Part shown: positions 1 through 8,699 of the stretch, one piece after another
How positions within the stretch are numbered: the stretch's first letter is position 1
Layout: the number at the start of each line of letters is the position of its first letter
DNA from: an uncultured Planctomycetales bacterium
GTDB lineage: Bacteria > Omnitrophota > Gorgyraeia > Zapsychrales > JAHFFX01
Direction: 5' to 3'
DNA: 64,000 nt
Assembly (NCBI GenBank): GCA_964612665.1
Contig: CAZTCI010000001.1
Location: 380,896-444,895 of the forward strand
Translations under genes and position numbers: made by a program
The notes under the pieces: generated by a model
Database searches by the model: none
What the model saw: the letters and a program-made list of their open reading frames with translations, nothing else
Told to the model about the DNA's origin: nothing

Positions 1-55
1 ATCGCTGGTGAAAAAATCTCTAATAAAAAAAAACATGACAGAAGAAAATTTTTGT

Positions 56-559
56 TCATGTTTGCCCCAAGTCCGTTTTCTCCAATACTTCCAAATCTTC
101 GACCAAATCCATATTCTCAATGACATCATAATCACTGGCTAAATCTATATTGCGCACAAATTCAATTTGGTCAGAATTTAAACTAGCAATTTGCTGTTGT
201 GTATTTCGATTATCCGCCACTCTATGAAAAATAAAAAATCCGGCAAATAATATAATCAGTAAAGGAACTAAAACGGTGCGCTCGCGCAATGATGATAATA
301 TTTGTTCTAAAAATCCTAACGATTTTTTGGAACTTGAAGATTCGCCAGCGAGTTTCGTCCAAAATTGCGCCATGTGGTCGGGGCGAGGTTCAATCGGGTC
401 CCATTCGCCTAAAATTTTGTGAAGTTTTTCGTAGATTTTAAATTCCTGAAGACAGGATGGACAGACTTTGAGGTGAGACTTAACTTGAGCGTTTTCCTCG
501 GCGGTCAGCTGGTTATCGAGAAATAAAGGAATGAGAGATTTAATGTGTGCTGTATTCAT
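56..559 (-). CDS. anti-sigma factor with zf-HC2 zinc-finger (CPSC..H) and one TM segment; cognate of adjacent ECF sigma
   Basis: 167 aa; N-terminal HxxxCxxC-type motif (HLKVCPSCLQEF), central hydrophobic helix, immediately downstream of ECF sigma gene on same strand. Confidence 0.6.
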   Translation of the reverse strand: MNTAHIKSLIPLFLDNQLTAEENAQVKSHLKVCPSCLQEFKIYEKLHKILGEWDPIEPRPDHMAQFWTKLAGESSSSKKSLGFLEQILSSLRERTVLVPLLIILFAGFFIFHRVADNRNTQQQIASLNSDQIEFVRNIDLASDYDVIENMDLVEDLEVLEKTDLGQT

Positions 560-627
560 ATTTTAGCCCTCAATTGCTTTAACACTTCAAAATCAAAAAT
601 GTTCCGCTGTTTCTTTGGGCCAAATTT

Positions 628-1275
628 TCAATTGAAATCTTTAAGCAAACTTTCCAGTTTTTCTTTAAGATTCTCTTTCGCTCGATTCAAAAGCGATTTA
701 ACAGCCTTAACAGAACAATTCATTGTCTGCGCGATCTGTTCATAAGAAAATTCTTCATACCGCTGCAAGATAATGGCCAAGCGCTGATTCTCAGGGAGTT
801 CTTCAATGGCTTTTTGAATGAGAACGGTTTTTTCCTGCTGTAAAAGATTATGATCGGGACTGGAAGCGGCCTGCGCTTCAATGTGAATCTTGGGCTGATC
901 TGCTTCTTCTCCGAAACTTTGCTCGAGTGATAGATCTTTCTTTTGAGGGCGGCGCAATTCATTAAGCGCTGTATTTTTGGCGATAGTAAAAGCCCAGGTT
1001 TGAAATTTGGAACGAGGATGATATGACGCGGCGCTTTTATAAATGCGGACGAAAACTTCCTGTGTTAAATCTTCGGCGAGCTCGCGATCGTTTACAAAGC
1101 GGTATATGAAATTTAAAATACGCGCGTAATATTTGCGCATAAGGGTTTCAAAAGAAGCCGTGTCGCCTTTTTGAAAAGCTAATAAGAGCTGGACGTCGGG
1201 GTCTTGGGTGTAATCTTTATGGGAAGGGAAAAAGGACACTTTAGTTTGGGAGAAAATCTCAAAATAAATTTCCAA
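628..1275 (-). CDS. RNA polymerase ECF-type sigma-70 factor (sigma-24 family)
   Basis: region 2 (ARILNFIYRFVNDRELAEDLTQEVFVRIY) and region 4 HTH (FSYEQIAQTMNCSVKAVKSLLNRA) motifs; track start is a TTG so the true start is uncertain. Confidence 0.85.
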   Translation of the reverse strand: MEIYFEIFSQTKVSFFPSHKDYTQDPDVQLLLAFQKGDTASFETLMRKYYARILNFIYRFVNDRELAEDLTQEVFVRIYKSAASYHPRSKFQTWAFTIAKNTALNELRRPQKKDLSLEQSFGEEADQPKIHIEAQAASSPDHNLLQQEKTVLIQKAIEELPENQRLAIILQRYEEFSYEQIAQTMNCSVKAVKSLLNRAKENLKEKLESLLKDFN

Positions 1276-1379
1276 ATTACAAGCACCAAATTACAAATAA
1301 ATCTTAAATTCCAATGTCAAAACAACAAAACTTGAATTTTGGAATTTCGAATTTGATTATTATTTGGTGCTTGTAATTT
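1274..1379. promoter_or_regulatory. perfect 18-bp inverted repeat (aaattacaagcaccaaat / atttggtgcttgtaattt) spanning the sigma-factor upstream region
   Basis: arms at 1274-1291 and 1362-1379 with ~70 bp AT-rich spacer containing a nested aaattccaa/ttggaattt repeat; lies between ECF sigma start and upstream gene stop. Confidence 0.5.
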
Positions 1380-1393
1380 AGAAATTAACTCAA

Positions 1394-2533
1394 TTATCCT
1401 TTCAAGGCTTTATTTAAATCAGTGATTAAATCCTCTGCCGCTTCGATACCGATCGAAACGCGGATCGTTTCTTTTGTCATGCCGGAAGTTTGCAAAGCTT
1501 TTTCGCCCATCGACGCATGACTCATGGACCAGGGATGTTCGATAAGAGATTCGACACCGCCGAGGGATTCGGCCAGGGCGAAATATTTCAAACTTTTAAA
1601 GAAACGCTCGAGCGAAACTTTGGATGTATTCAATTCAAAAGCGAGCATCCCGCCGAAACCTTTCATCTGTTTTTTGATCAAGTCTTGCTGGAGATGGCTT
1701 TTTAAGCCGGGGTAGTAAACTTTTTTAACGTTGGGATGTTTTTCTAAAAACTGTGCGACGGCCAAAGCGCCTTGTTGATGAGCTTCCATCCGTTGGGCTA
1801 AGGTTTTAACACCTCTTAAAACCAGCCACGAATCAAACGGCGATTGCGAAACGCCTAAGGCGTTGACCAGGAATCGGAGTTTCTCTTTTATCTTTTCATC
1901 CCGATAGACGATCGCACCGCCGACGACATCGCTGTGGCCATTAATATATTTTGTCGTCGAATGCACAATAATGTCCGCGTCGAATTCAAAAGGCCGTTGA
2001 AAATACGGCGACAAAAACGTGTTATCCACGACACTGATTAACTTATGTTCTTTGGCAATCTTGATATTGCCGTCTAAATCAATGATGTTTAAAAGCGGAT
2101 TCGATGGTGTTTCGATCCAAATCATTTTCGTTTCTTTACGCACCGCTTTCTTGACCGCTTTCAAATCGCGCATGTTAATAAAAGAAAAATCAATTTTCAT
2201 CTCTGAAAAAACCCTGGCAAAAAGCCGGTAACTGCCGCCGTAAATATCATCACCGGTAATCACATGATCGCCCGGCTGAAGCAAAAACAAACAGGCGGTA
2301 ATTGCAGCCATGCCTGTCGCAGTCACGGAGCAACCAATGCCGCCTTCTAAGTCGGCGATATTTTCTTCAAGAGCCGCCCGCGTCGGGTTGCCGCTACGCG
2401 TATAATCATAACCTTTATTTTTTCCGAGAGCGTCGAAATAAAATGTTGAGGTGGGATAAATCGGTGTGATGACGGAATTAAAACTGGAATCTTTATTAAC
2501 GCCGGTGTGAACCGATTTGGTACGAATATTCAT
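1394..2533 (-). CDS. PLP-dependent Cys/Met metabolism enzyme (cystathionine gamma-synthase / beta-lyase / methionine gamma-lyase family)
   Basis: 379 aa; trans-sulfuration family hallmarks (N-terminal TKSVHTG, internal STTKYINGHSDVVGG PLP-lysine region); SD aaggagg before ATG. Confidence 0.85.
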   Translation of the reverse strand: MNIRTKSVHTGVNKDSSFNSVITPIYPTSTFYFDALGKNKGYDYTRSGNPTRAALEENIADLEGGIGCSVTATGMAAITACLFLLQPGDHVITGDDIYGGSYRLFARVFSEMKIDFSFINMRDLKAVKKAVRKETKMIWIETPSNPLLNIIDLDGNIKIAKEHKLISVVDNTFLSPYFQRPFEFDADIIVHSTTKYINGHSDVVGGAIVYRDEKIKEKLRFLVNALGVSQSPFDSWLVLRGVKTLAQRMEAHQQGALAVAQFLEKHPNVKKVYYPGLKSHLQQDLIKKQMKGFGGMLAFELNTSKVSLERFFKSLKYFALAESLGGVESLIEHPWSMSHASMGEKALQTSGMTKETIRVSIGIEAAEDLITDLNKALKG

Positions 2534-2722
2534 TAATCCTCCTTGATGTGCAGAGACAGACTGACAGGTATTCTTAAATTAATTATGACGATAAATCTCA
2601 TGTGTCCCAACGTCAAAATAAATCACCTCATGAGCGTTAACAAATCGAAATAAAACCCGATAGTCACGATGATAGAATACGCCCAGTAACCTTCTGGTGC
2701 GCTATGACATTAATTTCTGCGA

Positions 2723-2803
2723 CCACCGGGTGACGCGTAGGGGCCCCTTCCCGCGCGCACGATAGGAGCACGGGAAGGGGCCGAAGCGGCAGGACCCGCT
2801 GGT
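2723..2803. other. GC-rich structured element A (possible ncRNA or cis-regulatory RNA), homologous at both ends to element at 25614-25733
   Basis: ~60% GC island in AT-rich DNA; internal perfect hairpin ggggccccttcccg...cgggaaggggcc; termini CCACCGGGTG...GGCAGGACCCGCTGG match termini of element B and can pair as a closing stem. Confidence 0.4.
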
Positions 2804-2908
2804 TATTATCGATAAATTCCGTCTCCCTCTACTGAGGTTCCTTTTAGTTTATGTGTTCTCAAAGATGATGCAAATCATGGACAATACGGATTGGACGACT
2901 CGTGAAAC

Positions 2909-3106
2909 TTAGCGTAATTCTGATAGTGAACGAACTATCTCTGTCTTGCCGTTCTTAAATTCCTTCTCTCCGCGTTTAATCTTTCCGATAGCTTCTTTAA
3001 ATTCTCCAATCTGTCTGCGCATTGACTCATATTCAGATTTCCGGATAACAACTAAATCATCTCCGTGGGTAGTCAAACCGTGGGGAATATTAATCAAAGA
3101 TTTCAT
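2909..3106 (-). CDS. Phd/YefM-like antitoxin (orphan; no intact toxin partner)
   Basis: 65 aa; HGDDLVVIRKSEYESMRR resembles the Phd/YefM core (G.PVAVLVS.EEYE.L); downstream 2590-2700 holds only a stop-interrupted reading frame of possible toxin remnant. Confidence 0.45.
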   Translation of the reverse strand: MKSLINIPHGLTTHGDDLVVIRKSEYESMRRQIGEFKEAIGKIKRGEKEFKNGKTEIVRSLSELR

Positions 3107-3163
3107 ATAATCACCCTTTCCATTCTTAGAAACTTATGTTTCGCCGGGCCGTCTCTAACGCAA

Positions 3164-3838
3164 TTAATTATTCTTTACAAACGCAAATCCAAACACGCGG
3201 TTCGTTTTGGGATCAATTGTTTTAGATGTCATTTCTTGACGGGTTTCTAAACTCACGTCATCTTCATATTTGACGATCAACCGCCACGTCGGCTTCGACC
3301 GGTTATGGACCTTGGCCACAAACTCCTGTCCTAGAAAGCATCCCTTGGTGAAGGACACATAATCGGTTTCGCTGACATTTAAAACCATCTCATCGGTAAA
3401 ATCGATTCCAGGCCAGGGGATTTTATTCTGCAGGCGAAACAAAGTAAATTCATCGTCGCCTATATTACTTTCTAAATCCCGTTTGGTTAAAAGTAAACGC
3501 CCGGCTTTCTGCGGGATTGTTAAATCTTGTTTCTCGACACGACCATTGCTATCGCAATCAAAATACACCATGTAATCTTCTCTAGTCACCGCCACTTTGC
3601 TTAACCGTACAAACCGCTCAATGTGTTTGAACGCCACCTCTTCATAACGGCGTTCCAAAACAATCAAATATTCATCGTCTTCTCTTTTGACTTGATCAAA
3701 AGTCGCCACGATTTTTCCATGAATATCTAAAAACGCGTTATGCGGTTGATCAAGAGTATTGGAAGTAATACCGTTTAAGAAGGCAGCCGCATTATTTTGA
3801 ATTCTCCAGACGAGCTTACTTAATCTGTAGATCCTCAT
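3164..3838 (-). CDS. YgfZ/GcvT-family folate-binding protein (CAF17-like, short form)
   Basis: 224 aa; C-terminal signature KGCFLGQEFVAKVHNRSKPTWRL matches the YgfZ KGC[YF]xGQE..AR....G..K.RL motif. Confidence 0.55.
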   Translation of the reverse strand: MRIYRLSKLVWRIQNNAAAFLNGITSNTLDQPHNAFLDIHGKIVATFDQVKREDDEYLIVLERRYEEVAFKHIERFVRLSKVAVTREDYMVYFDCDSNGRVEKQDLTIPQKAGRLLLTKRDLESNIGDDEFTLFRLQNKIPWPGIDFTDEMVLNVSETDYVSFTKGCFLGQEFVAKVHNRSKPTWRLIVKYEDDVSLETRQEMTSKTIDPKTNRVFGFAFVKNN

Positions 3839-4254
3839 AATTCAAATGTATCAAGTAATGCTTTTGTCGAATAAACAGTAAGCGGTAATCCCTCATAATC
3901 TTTATCATTAGACCAAACCGGCGTTTGATCGTGAAGAGCCAAAGCAGATAAATGAACGTCATCCGGTTCTCGGTGATCTAAATATTTTTTAGCAACGGTC
4001 ATTTTGCTTTTATAATAATTTTCCTTCTTAATACTTAAGGGAAGCATTCGTAATGAAACTTCCAATGTAACAATATTCATTTGATACTTAACAGCGAAAT
4101 GAGAAAGATATCTCTGCACTTCTTGAATATTAAATTGAGTTGTTATAATTTCAATATGCCGATGAAGGAATACCCTTAATGCGGCTTTTCCAATAATAGC
4201 TGAGAGTATTACATTGCTATCTGCGGCGAGTTTTTTTAAATTTCTCGAAATCAT
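3835..4254 (-). CDS. PIN-domain toxin (VapC-like)
   Basis: 139 aa; acidic PIN residues (DSNVILSAI..., ...DVHLSALALHDQTPVWSNDKDY); overlaps upstream antitoxin gene by 4-40 nt (coupled). Confidence 0.7.
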   Translation of the reverse strand: MISRNLKKLAADSNVILSAIIGKAALRVFLHRHIEIITTQFNIQEVQRYLSHFAVKYQMNIVTLEVSLRMLPLSIKKENYYKSKMTVAKKYLDHREPDDVHLSALALHDQTPVWSNDKDYEGLPLTVYSTKALLDTFEL

Positions 4255-4480
4255 TCAGAATGTCTTCTTCAGCAACCTTTTTCGATGTCAATTCGCTGGC
4301 AATTTCACGGCCTAAATATTCCAAAAATTCTTTTTTCAGTTCCCAGGGAATATCTTTGACTTGGGCCAAAGGAAGAAAACACCCCACCATTTTGCCGTGG
4401 TTGGTAATCAAGACCATCTCTCCTGATCTTCCGTATTCCGAAAGACTGCTGCGAAATTTTCTGACAGATGCTAATTTCAT
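4217..4480 (-). CDS. Phd/YefM-family antitoxin (likely start MKLASVRK at ~4480)
   Basis: MKLASVRKFRSSLSEYGRSGEMVLITNHGKMVGCFLP matches Phd/YefM N-terminal consensus; immediately upstream of PIN toxin. Confidence 0.7.
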   Translation of the reverse strand: MKLASVRKFRSSLSEYGRSGEMVLITNHGKMVGCFLPLAQVKDIPWELKKEFLEYLGREIASELTSKKVAEEDILNDFEKFKKTRRR

Positions 4481-4546
4481 TTTCCACCTCGGTGAAAGGA
4501 TAACAGATGACGAGAATTGTGTCAAAGATGTGTACACAAATTTAAC

Positions 4547-5272
4547 TTACCACAAAATCTCTTTACGGTCGCGGAAAAATTTCCCGCGCGGGCCGTTGTC
4601 CGGTAAGGTAGCCAACCACACCGCGGTGTCAGCGCCCTCGGCGACCGAACGTGTCGCATTCGGTCCGCCCATCTCCGTCTCAACCCAGCCAGGACACATA
4701 CTGTTGGCCAAAATGTTTTCTCCTTCTAGTTCATCATTAAAAATCCGGGTAAGAACATTGATCGCTGTTTTCGAAATCCGGTAACCCGGATATCCGCCAT
4801 TCATGTCGGAAAGTTGTCCCATACCGCTTGACATGTTAACCACGCGGCCATAATTTCTTTTTTTCATCAAAGGAATCAATGCCTGTCCCAAAAGCAGCGA
4901 CCCGTAAACATTTGTTTCCATTGTCTGGCGGATGGTTTCAATTTTTGCTTTGAAGATACTGGGAAATTCCTCGCCAGGCTCAGTCTTATCTAAAAAAACG
5001 CCGGCATTATTGACGAGGATGTCACATTGCCCGAATTCTTTTTCCATAAAATTACCCAAACGGAAAATGCTCGCCGGGCTATTAACATCGAGCTGAAAGT
5101 AACGCACAGGCAGCTCTTCTTTTTCCATCTCTTGGCATACGGCTAAACCTTTTTCCTCATCGCGGCTGGTTAAAATAACGAGGATGCCCTTTTGAGCAAG
5201 CTGCCGGCAGATTTCTAAACCAATGCCCCGATTAGCGCCGGTCACAACAGCAATACGTTCTTTTGAAATCAT
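4547..5272 (-). CDS. short-chain dehydrogenase/reductase (SDR) family oxidoreductase
   Basis: 241 aa; TGANRGIG Rossmann motif, NNAG motif, YxxxK-like catalytic region (YRISK). Confidence 0.85.
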   Translation of the reverse strand: MISKERIAVVTGANRGIGLEICRQLAQKGILVILTSRDEEKGLAVCQEMEKEELPVRYFQLDVNSPASIFRLGNFMEKEFGQCDILVNNAGVFLDKTEPGEEFPSIFKAKIETIRQTMETNVYGSLLLGQALIPLMKKRNYGRVVNMSSGMGQLSDMNGGYPGYRISKTAINVLTRIFNDELEGENILANSMCPGWVETEMGGPNATRSVAEGADTAVWLATLPDNGPRGKFFRDRKEILW

Positions 5273-5613
5273 AAAATCTCTCCGTAACTAATGCTTTTAT
5301 TATCCGGGCCCATTTTAATTGGCTCTCGAAACTAAGTCAACCCTTCGTTTCTATAACCTTAACGCTGTATGCGAGTTTCTCGTCATTACAACCATTTGTA
5401 AAAAAGATGGCTTCAGCCAAAAGCGGCCACAATGACATAAATAAAAGACTTAGATCACGCTTTTCCAAAATTATGCTCGTCGTTATTTTCTTCTCACGTT
5501 TAAATGCCTGTTTTCTTTAAAAGAAAATTGTTCTTTTTTTTAAAACCAAAATATATAATGACACGCTTGTCCTCGAAATTTTTTTACTAACCAATGATTC
5601 AAAAGGAAATCAC

Positions 5614-8004
5614 ATGAAAAAAATCTATCTGATCGCAATGAGTTTATTCTTAGTTTTATTTTTAGCGCGTAACGGCCATACGGCTTCTAATGTAAGCGCA
5701 CCTCAAGATTTTTCCGCGATCAAACAATTCTCCTCTCATCAAATTAACGATCTGAATTTTGTCGACGGGGTTCCAAAACGTTTGGTCATAAAGTTCAATG
5801 ACAACGTCCGGCCCCGTTTTAATTCCTCACAAAATTTGTTTTCTCTGTCAAATGTGGATTTAACCGACGTCTTGAACCTAACCAAGTCCTTGAGATTACA
5901 GCTTCACAAATTAATCAATCTGCCCGACGATAATCTTGAGGCATTAAAGCAAAGGTCTGAAACGTTATCTGGCCGGCCTCAAAAAGATTTAAACGCCTTC
6001 ATTCAGGTTAATTTACCGGCGTTCATGAGTGACGCTCAGATTGCGCAAATTGCAAGCCTGCTGGAGCAACTTAATTCCGTTGAATATGTTTATCTTGAAC
6101 CTCTTGCGATTGAACCTCCCGGTGACATCGCTCCGCCAACGCCGAATCTGGCATCGTTTCAAGGTTATTTCACACCGGATCCTGGCCTGGATGTTGCTTC
6201 GGCCCGTGCGTTAGGCATAACCGGCACGGGAATCCGGTTGTCGGATTGTGAGTACGGACTTAACCGCAATCATGAAGATCTCGTCGACAAAGTTATCACC
6301 ATTGAACCCGGCCAAACAATCAATCCGCAAGTCTTCTCACTTGGCTATGACGAGCACGGGACAGCGGTCGCGGGTATTGGCAACGCGGTTGAGAATAATT
6401 ATGGAATTAACGGCATCGCGCCTCTAGTTGATTACTATTTTTATCCAGAATGGACGGTTGAAGAAAGTTATCGCCGGGTCACAGCCATTACCCACGCGAT
6501 TGCCAATTCGAAACCGGGCGATGTGGTTCTTCTGGAAATGCAGACAATTTACTATGGGAATTCCTACGGCCCGGCGGAATTAGACCCGGCTGTCTGGAGC
6601 GCGGTTAAGCAAGGAACGGACGCGGGTGTCATTGTGGTCGCCGCCGCGGGTAACGGCGCGCAGGATTTAGACAGCGCCACTTATGCTTCTTATATGAGCC
6701 GCGGTGACAGCGGCGCGATTCTCGTCGGAGCTGGAACCAATGACGCGTATCACTCGCCGCTTTCTTTTACAACGTTTGGTTCGCGGGTCAACGTCCAGAG
6801 TTGGGGCACAGGTGTGTTTACTCTAGGCTATGGCGATTTTGCGGAATACGGCAGCGATCCAAACCAAAAATATACCGCGAACTTTAATGGGACCAGTTCA
6901 GCCTCGGCGCTTGTGGCTTCCTCAGTCAGTTTACTTCAATCTTACGCCGTTTCCAAAATCGCAAGACGATTAACGCCGGTCGAAATGCGTAACATCATCA
7001 TCAATACCGGCATCGCTCAAGGCGCGGGCGTTCACGTCGGGCCGGGCCTGAATATCAAAGCCGCCATGAACGCGATCGATGCGATTAAAATTACTTTAGA
7101 AAGTCACTGGCTGGAAGCTGAGTATCCATCTTCTATTGTTGCGCCAATGACACCGATTAAAGATGCAACAGCTTCTAACGGCGTTTATGTTTACGTTAGC
7201 CCGTCGGACACGAGCAACATAATCGGCTCGGCGACTTACACCTTTAAAATTACACAGCCCGGTGATTATGTTATTTGGGGCTTGAACATTGCTGCTAATA
7301 ATAGCCGCAATTCTTTTGGCGTTGCTGTTGATTCTGCGCCAGCCAAAATTTGGAATATTCCTCTGGGAACGACCTGGAAATGGAACCCGGTCATTGTTGA
7401 TGGAACGACACCCGCGAAATTTACATTCACCACCGGCACCCACACACTCACCATCGTTCAGTCCGAAAAAGGCACCAAGTTAGATAAAATTCTTGTGACC
7501 AATGATTCTTCTTTGATTCCGACGGGAAAAGGCGAGCCGGGAGAAATTGAAAGCCATTGGGTTGAAGCGGAAACTTACACGAGCCGCGTAGCGCCGATGA
7601 CTGTCGTCGTCGATACCGCAGCGTCCAAGGGAAAATATATTACTGTACCCACTACAACAACCTCTAAAACACAAGGTTTAACCACTTACACAATCAACAT
7701 TACAACGCCGGGAAATTATCTAATTTATGGCCGGGACCTTTCGCCTAATTCCAGTCAAAACGCTTTTTACGTGTCGATGGATGCCGGCGCAGATAAAAAT
7801 TGGGTAACGCAAATCTCCTCGAGTTTTATTTGGGATAAGGCCAACGATTCTGGAATCGCAAATCCCGTCGTGTTTCCTCTAACTCAAGGCAAGCACACAC
7901 TCACCATCAAACAAAATAAAAAAGGAACCCAATTAGATAAACTTCTCATAACCAATGATCCCAATTTAGTTCCGAGCGGCTTAGGCCAAACCGCGGGATT
8001 CTAA
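5614..8004 (+). CDS. secreted subtilisin-like (S8) serine protease with two tandem C-terminal CBM6/CBM35-like beta-sandwich domains
   Basis: 796 aa; signal peptide; catalytic His (HGTAVAGIG) and Ser (GTSSASALVAS) motifs; two ~125-aa repeats each starting HW[LV]EAE and ending G.HTLTI...KLDK[IL]L[VI]TND. Confidence 0.8.
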   Translation: MKKIYLIAMSLFLVLFLARNGHTASNVSAPQDFSAIKQFSSHQINDLNFVDGVPKRLVIKFNDNVRPRFNSSQNLFSLSNVDLTDVLNLTKSLRLQLHKLINLPDDNLEALKQRSETLSGRPQKDLNAFIQVNLPAFMSDAQIAQIASLLEQLNSVEYVYLEPLAIEPPGDIAPPTPNLASFQGYFTPDPGLDVASARALGITGTGIRLSDCEYGLNRNHEDLVDKVITIEPGQTINPQVFSLGYDEHGTAVAGIGNAVENNYGINGIAPLVDYYFYPEWTVEESYRRVTAITHAIANSKPGDVVLLEMQTIYYGNSYGPAELDPAVWSAVKQGTDAGVIVVAAAGNGAQDLDSATYASYMSRGDSGAILVGAGTNDAYHSPLSFTTFGSRVNVQSWGTGVFTLGYGDFAEYGSDPNQKYTANFNGTSSASALVASSVSLLQSYAVSKIARRLTPVEMRNIIINTGIAQGAGVHVGPGLNIKAAMNAIDAIKITLESHWLEAEYPSSIVAPMTPIKDATASNGVYVYVSPSDTSNIIGSATYTFKITQPGDYVIWGLNIAANNSRNSFGVAVDSAPAKIWNIPLGTTWKWNPVIVDGTTPAKFTFTTGTHTLTIVQSEKGTKLDKILVTNDSSLIPTGKGEPGEIESHWVEAETYTSRVAPMTVVVDTAASKGKYITVPTTTTSKTQGLTTYTINITTPGNYLIYGRDLSPNSSQNAFYVSMDAGADKNWVTQISSSFIWDKANDSGIANPVVFPLTQGKHTLTIKQNKKGTQLDKLLITNDPNLVPSGLGQTAGF

Positions 8005-8017
8005 AAAAAAAAATAAA

Positions 8018-8054
8018 AGAGCCAAGATGAATTTTCATCTTGGCTCTTTTATTC
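8018..8054 (+). terminator. rho-independent terminator of protease gene
   Basis: agagccaagatgaattttcatcttggctct hairpin followed by tttatt. Confidence 0.8.
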
Positions 8055-8059
8055 TAAAA

Positions 8060-8327
8060 AATTTTATTTTATCGAAATAACTGAGTTAATTGTTCTTTAT
8101 CACTTTTAATTTCGTTCATGATTAAATGAAGATTAGCAGGAACTATGTCGAGGATGACGGTATAAAGCCCTTGGACGTTTTGAATCGTGCCTGGTTGTTG
8201 TGCTACAGGCAGCGGCACATCCTTGATCGTCGTGTTTAATTTGCAAATTCAGTAATTGCGCATCGAAATTAATACCACCGACGTTATCTTCCTTTTTAAC
8301 TTCCGGGAGCTTTTTCTTGGTTGAATC
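8060..8327 (-). pseudogene. frameshifted remnant of a paralog of the secreted GG-motif protein family (see 8328, 52919, 54078)
   Basis: no ORF >=60 aa; minus-strand frames give ...EDNVGGINFDAQLLNLQ (cf. AGGLNFNFDSYLGS of 52919 protein) and ...GTIQNVQGLYTV (cf. TIQAVSNLNAV) in different frames. Confidence 0.3.
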
Positions 8328-8690
8328 TTATTTAGATTCGTAAACGTTAGAAAGATTTATATTCCCACCCTGAACTTCCGATAAAAAAACAATATTCGAT
8401 TGAATCGTGACTTTGGAATCAACCGCATTGACATGAATGAGCCCGGCGGAACTTAAAAGCGCCTGGTTAAGTACGGACCCGATTGATGACAAGGATTTTT
8501 CCAAAGGAATCTCTTTGGTTAAAGGATCCAAAACTGTTTTAACAATGTCGTCGGAAATTCCAGTGGCAACAATTTGATCCAGTTGCTGGTCGGTAAGTTC
8601 GGTGACTTCGGCGAAAATCGGGGACTGTATTAAGAGAAAAAGCAAGAAGGCAATAACACACAATATACTTTTTTGGCAGCTGACAACCAT
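8328..8690 (-). CDS. small secreted protein, minimal member of GG-leader-like/NAV-motif family
   Basis: 120 aa; Sec signal peptide then ELTDQQLDQIVATG motif; C-terminal HVNAVDSKVTIQSNIV resembles the NAVxSAVAxQTNV motif of the 54078 and 52919 proteins. Confidence 0.6.
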   Translation of the reverse strand: MVVSCQKSILCVIAFLLFLLIQSPIFAEVTELTDQQLDQIVATGISDDIVKTVLDPLTKEIPLEKSLSSIGSVLNQALLSSAGLIHVNAVDSKVTIQSNIVFLSEVQGGNINLSNVYESK

Positions 8691-8699
8691 TCTTCGCTC

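Noticed and set aside
545-962. Small ORFs 545-745 (+) and 720-962 (-) overlapping the sigma/anti-sigma genes
   Set aside because: They are antisense or overlapping frames of well-supported ECF sigma and anti-sigma CDSs, with no independent support.
2534-2700. SAM riboswitch upstream of the cystathionine gamma-synthase-like gene
   Set aside because: No S-box (SAM-I) conserved segments, nor SAM-II or SAM-V signatures, were found in the 170-nt leader. The only structured candidate nearby is GC-rich element A (2723-2803).
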